Assembly: GCA_964466895.1 (NCBI GenBank)
Contig: CAYXOR010000002.1
Coordinates: 20,914-84,913, forward strand
From: an uncultured Methylophilaceae bacterium
GTDB taxonomy: Bacteria > Pseudomonadota > Gammaproteobacteria > Burkholderiales > Methylophilaceae
Length of the DNA: 64,000 nucleotides
Direction of reading: 5' to 3'
Part shown: in pieces, positions 27,857 to 36,990 of the stretch
Position numbering within the stretch: the first letter of the stretch is position 1
Layout of the letters: each line of letters begins with the position of its first letter
Program-made: the position numbers and the translations under genes
The notes under the pieces: generated by a model
What the model was told of the DNA's origin: nothing
Database searches by the model: none
Seen by the model: the letters and a program-made list of their open reading frames with translations, nothing else

Positions 27857-28625
27857 AAATATCAAAGCAATTATTCTTGCCGCTGGAGAAGGTACACGCC
27901 TGCGGCCTTACACGTTGGAAAAACCGAAATGTTTGGTTGAAGTTGATAATAAAAGCTTACTAGACCGTCAACTGTCAGTGTTATCAAGTTCAGGAGTCAC
28001 TTCAATAGTTATTATTGGCGGCTACAAGGCTGAAATGTTGCAACGTGATGGTATTGATCTGAAAATTAACCCAAGGTACGCAGAGACCAATATGGTTTGG
28101 ACCTTGTTTTGTGCTGAAGGTGAACTTGAAGGCGATGTCATTATCTCTTATGGAGATATTGTTTATTCTCAGGAAGTACTACAGTCTTTATTGGCCTCTG
28201 ATGCAGATATTGCCGTTGCAATCGACTTGGAATGGGAATCGTATTGGAGAGCAAGAAATGAAGAGCCTCTTGATGATGCTGAAACATTGAAGATGCACCC
28301 AGATGGACGCATTTACGAGATTGGAAATAAACCCAAGTCTTTGGGCGAGATTGAAGGTCAATACATGGGCTTAATTAAAGTGACTCAAGAAGGAGTTAAT
28401 GGATTAAAATCCGTATTCCAAAAAGCACACGATGCAGAAGGTTTACTTGGTAAACCTGTAGAAAACGCTTATATGACGGACCTGTTGCAGGCGATGATTA
28501 ATGCGAACTATTCAGTGCAATCGGTACCTGTGAAAGCTGGCTGGGTAGAGGTGGATACCGTAAGCGATTTACATTCTACACCGACAAAAAATCGACTTTT
28601 AAAAATCGAAGAGGCTATTGTTTAA
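27843..28625 (+). CDS. LicC/Cj1416-like cytidylyltransferase (nucleotidyltransferase family)
   Basis: IKAIILAAGEGTRLRPYTLEKPKCLVEV signature; 260 aa. 14-nt overlap with the upstream gene. Confidence 0.8.
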   Translation: MENNKNIKAIILAAGEGTRLRPYTLEKPKCLVEVDNKSLLDRQLSVLSSSGVTSIVIIGGYKAEMLQRDGIDLKINPRYAETNMVWTLFCAEGELEGDVIISYGDIVYSQEVLQSLLASDADIAVAIDLEWESYWRARNEEPLDDAETLKMHPDGRIYEIGNKPKSLGEIEGQYMGLIKVTQEGVNGLKSVFQKAHDAEGLLGKPVENAYMTDLLQAMINANYSVQSVPVKAGWVEVDTVSDLHSTPTKNRLLKIEEAIV

Positions 28626-29383
28626 TGGCTGATTTAATTAGTGGTTTCTTTTCTGACAAGTACGCTAACCATAAAGCAATTGGAGCTAACGTATTGCTTT
28701 TGCTTATGTATAGATTTTCTTATCCATTTTCTTTTGTATTGTATAGACTGGGATTTAGCCCGAACCAAATAACCACCTTATCAACTTTTTCTGCAATACT
28801 GGCAGCAACTTTTCTTATACTCGGCTATCATGAAATCTGGTTTTTGGTTTTCTGGTCAGGGTCGATATTGTTGGATTTTTGCGATGGCACTGTAGCAAGA
28901 ATGTCTAACAATATATCTAAAACTGCTTTTCGGTATGATCATATGAGTGATATATTTAAAATATTTATCATTATGCTTGCCACAGGTGTTTATTATAATA
29001 GTTTATTAATCTGGCTGTCGTCTATGACAGCTTGTTTTTTCTTTATGTATTTCATGCTACTAAATCATGAGCTTAGTAATATAACTAAATTGTTAGAAAG
29101 AAAGAAAAACAAATCTCAAGAACAACAATTTAAAAGTGCTGCTACCCCAAGTAAAGGTATATTTAAATTGGTTAAAACATTAATTTCTAATGATTTTATT
29201 TTAAAGTTTTTAAGGATTGTTTATATAGCATTAACAACTATTAATGGACACACTCTTTTGTTATTTTTGATGATGCCTTTCAATCAAAAATTGGCTGCAT
29301 GTAGTTTTTTCTATCTGACTACGCTTTCTATTTTAGGTGTCATTAGTCGAATTTCAGCACTTAGGAAGATTCCTAAACAATGA
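28625..29383 (+). CDS. CDP-alcohol phosphotransferase-family integral membrane protein
   Basis: DFCDGTVAR-MSNNISKT-A-FRY-D-HMS-D matches DxxDG(x2)AR(x8)[G->A](x3)D(x3)D. About 6 TM helices. TAATG overlap with the cytidylyltransferase gene. Confidence 0.7.
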   Translation: MADLISGFFSDKYANHKAIGANVLLLLMYRFSYPFSFVLYRLGFSPNQITTLSTFSAILAATFLILGYHEIWFLVFWSGSILLDFCDGTVARMSNNISKTAFRYDHMSDIFKIFIIMLATGVYYNSLLIWLSSMTACFFFMYFMLLNHELSNITKLLERKKNKSQEQQFKSAATPSKGIFKLVKTLISNDFILKFLRIVYIALTTINGHTLLLFLMMPFNQKLAACSFFYLTTLSILGVISRISALRKIPKQ

Positions 29384-29392
29384 TTGGTAAAT

Positions 29393-29410
29393 AACCCCTT
29401 TAAAGGGGTT
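29393..29410. terminator. 18-bp perfect palindrome AACCCCTTTAAAGGGGTT: hairpin, weak terminator/attenuator or protein site
   Basis: Read directly. It lies in the 49-nt gap between the CDP-alcohol phosphotransferase gene and the ABC transporter gene, followed by GGAATTTTAATG. Confidence 0.3.
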
Positions 29411-29432
29411 GGAATTTTAATGTATAGCAGAA

Positions 29433-31211
29433 ATGAAACTAAGTATAAATAAAATATATACAATAATCGGTGAAGAGTATAAAAAAAGAAGCTTTTTTTT
29501 ATTTTCTGGCGTGCTTGTAATCGCTCTTTTTGAAGTGTTGAGTATAGCCATCGTATTGCCATTTATGAAGCTGGTTTTAGACATACATGCATCTAGTAAA
29601 ACTGCATATGTAGTGAAGATACAAGAATTTTCCACATTAGATGAGAATCAAATAATTATTGTATTTGGGTTGGGTATTATTGGCTTATATATAATCAAAA
29701 ACATATTGCATTACTGCTTAAATAAATTTCAGCTAACTGAGTTACATAAAATACGTGCAAACGTATCCAGAAAAGTATTTAGCTTGTATATTCATATGGA
29801 CTACAGCACCTTTATTGAAAAAAATACTGCATCTTTAATTCATAATTCAACAGGTCAAGTTGCTAATTTTGCATTAGTTTTTTTACAGTCATTATTGTTT
29901 ATCTTGTCTGAATTAGTCATCATTATTGCAATTGCTATTTTGCTTTTTATCATTAACCCGAAAATAATGATAATCCTTTGTACGCTCTTATGTTTGGTTG
30001 GCGCTATCATGATTGCTTTCTTTAAAAGAAGACTAAAAGAAGTCGGAAAAGAGCAGAATTTTGCAATAGTTAAAATGTATAAAACAATTAGCGAAGGTAT
30101 TGGAGCATTAAAAGAAATTAAAATTTTACAGGTTGAAAGTTACTTTATTGAATTATTTAATACTTACTCAAAGAAGTATCAAGAAGTGGCCGTGCTTGTA
30201 AGTAAAATGCAAGTGGTGCCAAAGCTTATATTTGAAGTGATTTTTATCTCAGGACTTATCGGGGTGGTAGTGGTCGCCGAATTGCTCAAGTTAAACCTAA
30301 AAGATATCATTCCTACGTTGATTATTTTTGCACTAGCTTTTTTTAAGCTGCTCCCTTCAGTTAATAAAGTTATCAGTCTTAATAACGCAATGATTGCGAG
30401 CCAGATATCATTTGATACATTGTATGATGAGCTGAAAAATGCCCATAACTGCAACCCTACAATTGAAAAGAAAGAAAATTTAAAGGCTGCAAGCCAGTTT
30501 AAAGACAAAATTTCTTTTGAGAATGTAAGCTTCTCTTATGATGGTAAAAAGCAAGTGTTTAATGACTTTTCTCTTGTAATACCTAAACATTCAACAGCTG
30601 CATTTGTAGGTCGTTCAGGGGCAGGGAAAACAACTTTAATTGATATGATTCTAGGTTTGATAACACCAGAATCTGGACGTGTTTTATTTGATGATTTTGA
30701 TGTTAGTCAGAATGTAAGTTTTTGGCATCAAAAAATAAGTTACATTCCGCAAACAATTGCATTTATTGATGATACGATACGAAAAAATATTGCGTTAGGT
30801 GTAAGTGAGATCGATGAAATCCAGCTGTCAAAATGTGTCGTTGATGCACAGTTAAAAGAGTTTGTATTAACGCTACCAGATGGCCTGGAAACAAAAATTG
30901 GTGATAAAGGGGTTAAGCTTTCAGGAGGCCAACGCCAAAGAATTGGCATTGCAAGAGCTTTGTATAAAAATCCTGATATTTTGATTTTTGATGAGGCGAC
31001 AAGTGCTTTAGATGTCGAAACTGAACGGGCTTTAACTGAGTCAATTAAAAGTTTAGGTAAGAGTAAAACGCTCATTATTGTGGCACATAGAATTAGTACT
31101 ATTAAAAATAGCGATATTATTTTTGTGCTAGAGAACGGTAAGGTAAAGGATAGTGGTACTTTTGATACGCTGTTATTAACTAATAAATGGTTTCAGGATA
31201 TTAATGAGTAA
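29433..31211 (+). CDS. Fused TMD-NBD ABC exporter (MsbA/PglK/Wzk-like)
   Basis: 592 aa. Six N-terminal TM helices, Walker A GRSGAGKTT, signature LSGGQRQR and Walker B ILIFDEATSALD. Confidence 0.9.
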   Translation: MKLSINKIYTIIGEEYKKRSFFLFSGVLVIALFEVLSIAIVLPFMKLVLDIHASSKTAYVVKIQEFSTLDENQIIIVFGLGIIGLYIIKNILHYCLNKFQLTELHKIRANVSRKVFSLYIHMDYSTFIEKNTASLIHNSTGQVANFALVFLQSLLFILSELVIIIAIAILLFIINPKIMIILCTLLCLVGAIMIAFFKRRLKEVGKEQNFAIVKMYKTISEGIGALKEIKILQVESYFIELFNTYSKKYQEVAVLVSKMQVVPKLIFEVIFISGLIGVVVVAELLKLNLKDIIPTLIIFALAFFKLLPSVNKVISLNNAMIASQISFDTLYDELKNAHNCNPTIEKKENLKAASQFKDKISFENVSFSYDGKKQVFNDFSLVIPKHSTAAFVGRSGAGKTTLIDMILGLITPESGRVLFDDFDVSQNVSFWHQKISYIPQTIAFIDDTIRKNIALGVSEIDEIQLSKCVVDAQLKEFVLTLPDGLETKIGDKGVKLSGGQRQRIGIARALYKNPDILIFDEATSALDVETERALTESIKSLGKSKTLIIVAHRISTIKNSDIIFVLENGKVKDSGTFDTLLLTNKWFQDINE

Positions 31212-32505
31212 TACTGTTTATAAAAGTAAAAAACACTCCGTTGCACAAGTTGAATTCCTTAACTATGCTGATCAAAGTTTGAACCTAAACATGCCTAAAT
31301 ATTCTATTATTATTCCTACATATAATGGCATTAGCTATTTGCCTACCTGTATAGAAACAATCATTTCTCAAAACTATGATAGTTATGAGCTAATAATAAG
31401 TGATGATAACTCTGTAGATGGCACTAGGGACTATTTGGAAAAGCTAAGCCACCCTAATATTAAAGTTATCTATCCACCTGAGTCGTTAAGCATGACCGAG
31501 CATTGGGAATGGGCTTTATCTCATGCAATAGGTAAATGGCAGATTTTTGTTGGGCAAGATGATGGGCTGCAACCTTACTTCTTCCAATTGGCTGACAAAT
31601 TAACAAATATTGCGAAAGAGAAGGGATTAAGAACTATTACGTCTTCTAGAGCTTATTTTTTTTGGGAAGGGTGTAGCTATGTTTATGGGGATATTGCTGT
31701 AGCGTATGTGGCTGAAAATAAAATAAGAGTGTGTAATTTCAGATATCAAATATTGAAAACAATTTTGGGGTTTCAAAATTACTTTGAGCTACCCCAGATG
31801 TATACAACAGCACTTTTTCATAAAGAGTTGCTAGATGAAGCGCGAGTAAAACAGAGTGGAAAAGTGTTTTCCTCTCACCCGCAAGATGCAAACTTAGCTG
31901 CATTAGCATGTAGTTTAGAAAAAGAATACCTAAAGTCATATATTCCACTAGGTTGGGTTGGATCTTCACCAAAAAGTGCAGGTATGGCAATTTTTAGCGA
32001 TATAGAAAAAGCCGATGAAAGCAATACAAAAAAACTTAGTGAGTTGAGAGATGAGTACAAGAAAAAAGTAAACAAAAGTAAAATTAAATATCATGAGTTA
32101 GCTGGGGATTTTTCATTTGGGAATCTTTCTATTTATTTTTGGCAGGCTTTATTAACAACATCAAGCTTACGAACAATATGGACAAAGACATTGCTAACGT
32201 CAAAGCTATTTAGAATAATGCTGTTCAGCACTATTCGGAATGAAGATAAAAAAGAAGCGAATTTATCAAAATTCAAGCACTTAATTAAAACCAATAACAT
32301 ATCGTTATGGACTGTTTCCATCACTGCATATTTTTTTAATTTAATACGCTTTTCTTGGTACGTTGTGCAATTATTATGGAGAGCAATACGGAAGCTATCC
32401 TTTAAGGTGAGTTATTCCAAGTATTGGGATAAAGATATCGAAATAAGTATGTTAAAAGCATCTTCAGAAATTAACGACAAACTAAAAACTCAAAATTGGA
32501 TGTAG
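31204..32505 (+). CDS. Glycosyltransferase family 2 with a C-terminal membrane-associated extension
   Basis: YSIIIPTYNGISYLPTCIETIISQNYDSYELIISDDNSVDGT; VGQDDG. Confidence 0.8.
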   Translation: MSNTVYKSKKHSVAQVEFLNYADQSLNLNMPKYSIIIPTYNGISYLPTCIETIISQNYDSYELIISDDNSVDGTRDYLEKLSHPNIKVIYPPESLSMTEHWEWALSHAIGKWQIFVGQDDGLQPYFFQLADKLTNIAKEKGLRTITSSRAYFFWEGCSYVYGDIAVAYVAENKIRVCNFRYQILKTILGFQNYFELPQMYTTALFHKELLDEARVKQSGKVFSSHPQDANLAALACSLEKEYLKSYIPLGWVGSSPKSAGMAIFSDIEKADESNTKKLSELRDEYKKKVNKSKIKYHELAGDFSFGNLSIYFWQALLTTSSLRTIWTKTLLTSKLFRIMLFSTIRNEDKKEANLSKFKHLIKTNNISLWTVSITAYFFNLIRFSWYVVQLLWRAIRKLSFKVSYSKYWDKDIEISMLKASSEINDKLKTQNWM

Positions 32506-32521
32506 TGTAAAAGGTTATATT

Positions 32522-34366
32522 ATGTGTGGAATTTTAGGAACTATCCCAACAATTGAGCAGGCAATTTTTAAAAAATCGCTTAATACTTTAACTCATAGGG
32601 GCCCAGATGATTATGGTATTGAAAACATAAATAATGAAATTACACTCGGTCATAGACGATTAAGTATTGTGGATTTATCAAACCATGGGCATCAACCTAT
32701 GGAGGATCACTCGCAAAGGTATAGCATTGTCTTTAATGGGGAAATATATAATTTTATAGAAATTAAAAAAGAGCTAATTCAACTTGGTTATGTATTTCAA
32801 TCGACTTCTGATACAGAGGTTCTTTTAAACTCATTCATAGAATGGGGTGAATCCTGTGTGAAAAAATTTAATGGGATGTGGGCTTTCGCCATATGGAATA
32901 AAGAAACTAAAGAGTTGTTTTTATCAAGAGACAGGTTTGGTAAAAAGCCTTTATTTTATTCACAAATAAATGGCCGGTTTGTTTTTGCATCCGAGATGAA
33001 AGCTATATTCCCATTTCTTGATAAAATAACGCCGTCAAAATACTTTGAATGGATGCGTGATAATATTTTTTTGTATGAATCAACTGAACATTGTTTAATC
33101 GAAGGAATAAAAAGATTTCCAGCAGGTCATAATGCTGTTTATAAAAATGGCAACATAGAATTTACTCGGTATTGGAATACTTTAGATAACTTAGTTGAAG
33201 TTCCTAATTCATATGAAGATCAAGTTGAAGAGTTTAGAAGCTTATTTGTAGATGCTTGTAAAATAAGAATGCGATCTGATGTTCCGATAGGTACAGCGCT
33301 TAGTGGTGGGTTAGATAGTAGCGCAACAATTTCCACCATGGCACATATCGCGAAAAACAACGCAGATTATGCTAAAAAAGATTGGCAACATGGATTTGTT
33401 GCTAGCTTTCCTGGTACCCCAATGGATGAATCTTATTACGCAGGATTAGCTTCAAATCATATAAATGTGGACGCTACATACGTAAACATTGATCCTTTGA
33501 AACAATGGGATAAATTAGATCACTATTTGTATATGTTCGAAGAGCTATATTTAACTAGCCCTATACCAATGGTGATGACATACGAAGCAGTAAAGCAAAA
33601 TGGGGTAAGTGTAACGCTTGACGGACATGGCGCTGATGAATTGTTTAGTGGTTATGGACACATGCTTGAAGCCTTATGGAATTGTGGTTTTAACATGAGC
33701 AAAATTCAGGATATTTTAAATACACATCAAGAATCTTTGGGAGGTTTTTCTCAAAATATTAAAAAAAGCAATCTTGAGCTTTATTCGAACTTTATGATAA
33801 AAAAAATATTGAAAAAATTATCTGGGAAAGGACATAGATCACAAGATAGCAAGCACAAGGAGTTTAGAAAACTTGATAATTTTTCACAAGAATTATATGT
33901 AATTTTCCATGAAACTATTTTGCCGACTCTCTTGAGAAATTATGATCGTTATTCGATGATGAATAGTGTTGAAATTAGAATGCCATTTATGGACCATCGA
34001 ATTGTGAGCTATGTGAATTCACTACCATATAGTAGTAAGTTTGGTAGTGGTTATACCAAAAAGCTAATTAGGGATGCAATGGATCCATTTATGCCGAAAG
34101 AAGTAACATGGAGGAAGTCAAAAATAGGCTTTAATACACCTATTGTTGACTGGATGCAAAATGAATTAAGAGATTGGTTTGGTGACATAGTAAATTCTAA
34201 AGGCTTTTTGGAATCTCCACTTGTTGCCGATGCAAAAAGCTTGAAAATAACAATCGAAGATATTATTAATAAGAAGGATAGTGTTTTTCCTCATGCTGAA
34301 AAGGCGTGGACTGACCTGAGCCCATATCTTTGGGAAAATGCTATCTTAAAAAGAGATTACAGATGA
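32522..34366 (+). CDS. asnB: Asparagine synthase (glutamine-hydrolysing)-family amidotransferase
   Basis: MCGILG N-terminal nucleophile Cys2 and the SGGLDSS PP-loop; 614 aa. Confidence 0.9.
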   Translation: MCGILGTIPTIEQAIFKKSLNTLTHRGPDDYGIENINNEITLGHRRLSIVDLSNHGHQPMEDHSQRYSIVFNGEIYNFIEIKKELIQLGYVFQSTSDTEVLLNSFIEWGESCVKKFNGMWAFAIWNKETKELFLSRDRFGKKPLFYSQINGRFVFASEMKAIFPFLDKITPSKYFEWMRDNIFLYESTEHCLIEGIKRFPAGHNAVYKNGNIEFTRYWNTLDNLVEVPNSYEDQVEEFRSLFVDACKIRMRSDVPIGTALSGGLDSSATISTMAHIAKNNADYAKKDWQHGFVASFPGTPMDESYYAGLASNHINVDATYVNIDPLKQWDKLDHYLYMFEELYLTSPIPMVMTYEAVKQNGVSVTLDGHGADELFSGYGHMLEALWNCGFNMSKIQDILNTHQESLGGFSQNIKKSNLELYSNFMIKKILKKLSGKGHRSQDSKHKEFRKLDNFSQELYVIFHETILPTLLRNYDRYSMMNSVEIRMPFMDHRIVSYVNSLPYSSKFGSGYTKKLIRDAMDPFMPKEVTWRKSKIGFNTPIVDWMQNELRDWFGDIVNSKGFLESPLVADAKSLKITIEDIINKKDSVFPHAEKAWTDLSPYLWENAILKRDYR

Positions 34367-35289
34367 ACTTAGCCCCAATAGTTCTCTTTGTCTATAACCG
34401 TCCAATGCACACAAAGCAAACGATTGAAGCACTGCAGAAAAACGAACTTGCGAGTGAGAGCCAGCTTTATATTTATAGTGACGCAGCAAAAAATGCAAAA
34501 GCAACTGAAAGCGTGTGTAAAGTCAGAGAGTATATTAAGACAATTAACGGGTTTAAAAAGACCACTATAATTGAACGAGAAAAGAACTTAGGATTGGCAA
34601 ACTCAGTAATTGATGGAGTTACTAGAATAATTAATAAATATGGGAAGATTGTAGTTCTTGAAGACGATTTAATCACCAGCCCTTATTTTTTGAAATATAT
34701 GAATGATGCTTTGGATTTTTATCAAAATAATAAAAATATTTACTCAGTTACAGGGTTCAGTTTTTCTACTGAATTTATGAATTTCCCCACTAATTTTATT
34801 GATGATGTATATTTGAATATTCGTCCTATGTCGTGGGGTTGGGCAACATGGAAAAGAGAATGGCTAGGAATAGATTGGGAGATAAAAAACTTTAATGATT
34901 TTTTATCTTCCAAAAAACGTATGAATCAATTTAATAAGGGTGGAACTGACCTAGCTCACATGTTAAAGGCGCAAATGAATGGCCAAATAGATTCATGGTA
35001 TATAAGGTGGACTTATAACGCTTTTTTGAAAGGGAAATACACAATTTACCCTAGCGTGTCTTTTGTAAATAATATCGGGCATGATGATACAGGTGTGCAC
35101 TGTAAAGAGGATAGTGAAAGCATACTTAGTCACTCAGAATTAAATCCCAATAGTAAAGTTAACTTTAAGAGGGATGTTGTATTAAAGAGTGAAATTGTTT
35201 CTGCCTTTAATAAAGCCTTTAATTTTACAAACACTGTCAGAGTTAAGCTATTCATTAAGGAGATGATAAACCATGTTAAAACTAATTAA
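34363..35289 (+). CDS. Glycosyltransferase (GT-A fold, GNT-I/GT2-like)
   Basis: [21 protein letters not shown] and VVLEDDL (DxD-type) motifs. ATG 34363 forms an ATGA overlap with the asnB-like stop. Confidence 0.65.
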   Translation: MNLAPIVLFVYNRPMHTKQTIEALQKNELASESQLYIYSDAAKNAKATESVCKVREYIKTINGFKKTTIIEREKNLGLANSVIDGVTRIINKYGKIVVLEDDLITSPYFLKYMNDALDFYQNNKNIYSVTGFSFSTEFMNFPTNFIDDVYLNIRPMSWGWATWKREWLGIDWEIKNFNDFLSSKKRMNQFNKGGTDLAHMLKAQMNGQIDSWYIRWTYNAFLKGKYTIYPSVSFVNNIGHDDTGVHCKEDSESILSHSELNPNSKVNFKRDVVLKSEIVSAFNKAFNFTNTVRVKLFIKEMINHVKTN

Positions 35290-35953
35290 ACCTCCTCTTG
35301 TAGAATGGTTTTTAACGACAGTCAAATGCATTTTATTGGAAATACAATATAAAAAACAAAAGCTAAAAATACTGGGGTGTTCAAGCATAGCAAAGAGTAG
35401 CTTTGGTTTTAGAAATACAATTTATAAAAATGCTAATTTAGATACCGTTAACTTAGGTGATTTCAGCTATGTAGGAGTAAATACTAGCGTCTCTCATACT
35501 AAAATTGGCAAATTTTGCTGCATAGCTCCAGATTGTAAAATTGGGTTAGGTAAGCACCCATCAAGTATTTTTGTGTCTATAAATCCTATTTTTTTTTCAA
35601 CATTAAGACAAGCGCAAATTACATTTTCAAGTAAAAGCTATTTCGAAGAGTTTGAAAATGTTGAGATAGAGAATGATGTTTGGATTGGTGCTAATGCAAT
35701 AGTCATGGGTGGTGTGACCATATCAAACGGAGCTATTGTTGGTGCGGGGTCTGTTGTTACAAAAGATGTTCCACCTTACGCGGTAGTGGGAGGAGTGCCT
35801 GCAAGAGTCATTAGATATAGATTTAATGAAGAGCAGATTGCAGAATTGTTAAAGAAAAAGTGGTGGGACATGGAGTTAGCGTATTTGGAAGATAATTATA
35901 AATCATTCCATAATATTGAAGATTTTCTAAGTGAAGACAGTGCGAAACTTTAA
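35273..35953 (+). CDS. Hexapeptide-repeat acetyltransferase (xenobiotic/CatB-Vat-like)
   Basis: [49 protein letters not shown]. Confidence 0.8.
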   Translation: MLKLIKPPLVEWFLTTVKCILLEIQYKKQKLKILGCSSIAKSSFGFRNTIYKNANLDTVNLGDFSYVGVNTSVSHTKIGKFCCIAPDCKIGLGKHPSSIFVSINPIFFSTLRQAQITFSSKSYFEEFENVEIENDVWIGANAIVMGGVTISNGAIVGAGSVVTKDVPPYAVVGGVPARVIRYRFNEEQIAELLKKKWWDMELAYLEDNYKSFHNIEDFLSEDSAKL

Positions 35954-35967
35954 AGTGAGCATATCAA

Positions 35968-36936
35968 TTGCATAACAAAGTGAAAATATTTATAGCCGGA
36001 CATCAAGGTATGGTTGGGTCAGCAATAGTGCGGGCATTAAAACAGAGGCCTGATGTTGATATAGTCACTTCTAGTAAAGATGAACTTGATCTTCTAAATC
36101 AACAACAAGTACATGATTTTTTTAAAAGCCAACAATTTGATCAAGTGTATTTAGCAGCAGCTAAAGTTGGTGGAATTTATGCCAACAACACTTATCCAGC
36201 AGCGTTTATCTATCAAAACTTGATGATACAAAGCAATGTTATCCATGCTGCTTATTTATCAGGTGTTAAAAAATTACTTTTCTTAGGATCGTCTTGTATT
36301 TACCCTAAGCTAGCAGCTCAGCCAATGAAGGAGGATGTTTTATTAAGTGGTGCATTAGAGCCCACAAACGAGCCATACGCAATAGCAAAAATTGCTGGAA
36401 TTAAAATGTGTGAATCCTACAATCGTCAATATGGTGTGGATTATAGATCAATAATGCCAACTAACTTGTATGGTGAGAATGATAATTTTCACCCTCAAAA
36501 CTCTCACGTTATACCAGCGCTAATGCGGCGGTTTCATGAGGCGAAATGCTCAAACTCTAAAGAGGTCTCAGTATGGGGAAGTGGTAAAGCTATGCGTGAG
36601 TTTTTATATGTTGATGATATGGCGAGTGCCGCAGTGTTTGTTATGAACCTTGACTCAGATAAATATCTGCAAAATATTAAACCTGATTTATCACATATCA
36701 ATGTAGGTTCTGGTGAGGACTGCACAATTAAAAAGCTAGCAAACACGATAGCAGGTGTTGTAGGGTACAGAGGAAAAGTGTGCTTTGATGCATCCAAACC
36801 TGATGGGGTTCCTAGAAAACTATTAGATGTGTCACTGATGAATTCATTAGGTTGGAAGGCTTCAGTTTCAATAGAGACGGGCTTAGTATTAACATATCAT
36901 TGGTTTGTTTCAAGCCAGAATGAATTTAGACATTAG
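35968..36936 (+). CDS. fcl: GDP-L-fucose synthase (GDP-4-keto-6-deoxymannose 3,5-epimerase/4-reductase)
   Basis: [36 protein letters not shown] and PTNLYG motifs. The start is uncertain (TTG 35968 or GTG 35980). Confidence 0.9.
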   Translation: MHNKVKIFIAGHQGMVGSAIVRALKQRPDVDIVTSSKDELDLLNQQQVHDFFKSQQFDQVYLAAAKVGGIYANNTYPAAFIYQNLMIQSNVIHAAYLSGVKKLLFLGSSCIYPKLAAQPMKEDVLLSGALEPTNEPYAIAKIAGIKMCESYNRQYGVDYRSIMPTNLYGENDNFHPQNSHVIPALMRRFHEAKCSNSKEVSVWGSGKAMREFLYVDDMASAAVFVMNLDSDKYLQNIKPDLSHINVGSGEDCTIKKLANTIAGVVGYRGKVCFDASKPDGVPRKLLDVSLMNSLGWKASVSIETGLVLTYHWFVSSQNEFRH

Positions 36937-36990
36937 CAGTCTAGAGCGTTTCTAATTCAGCACTATATTTATAAATATTAAAGTAGAAAA

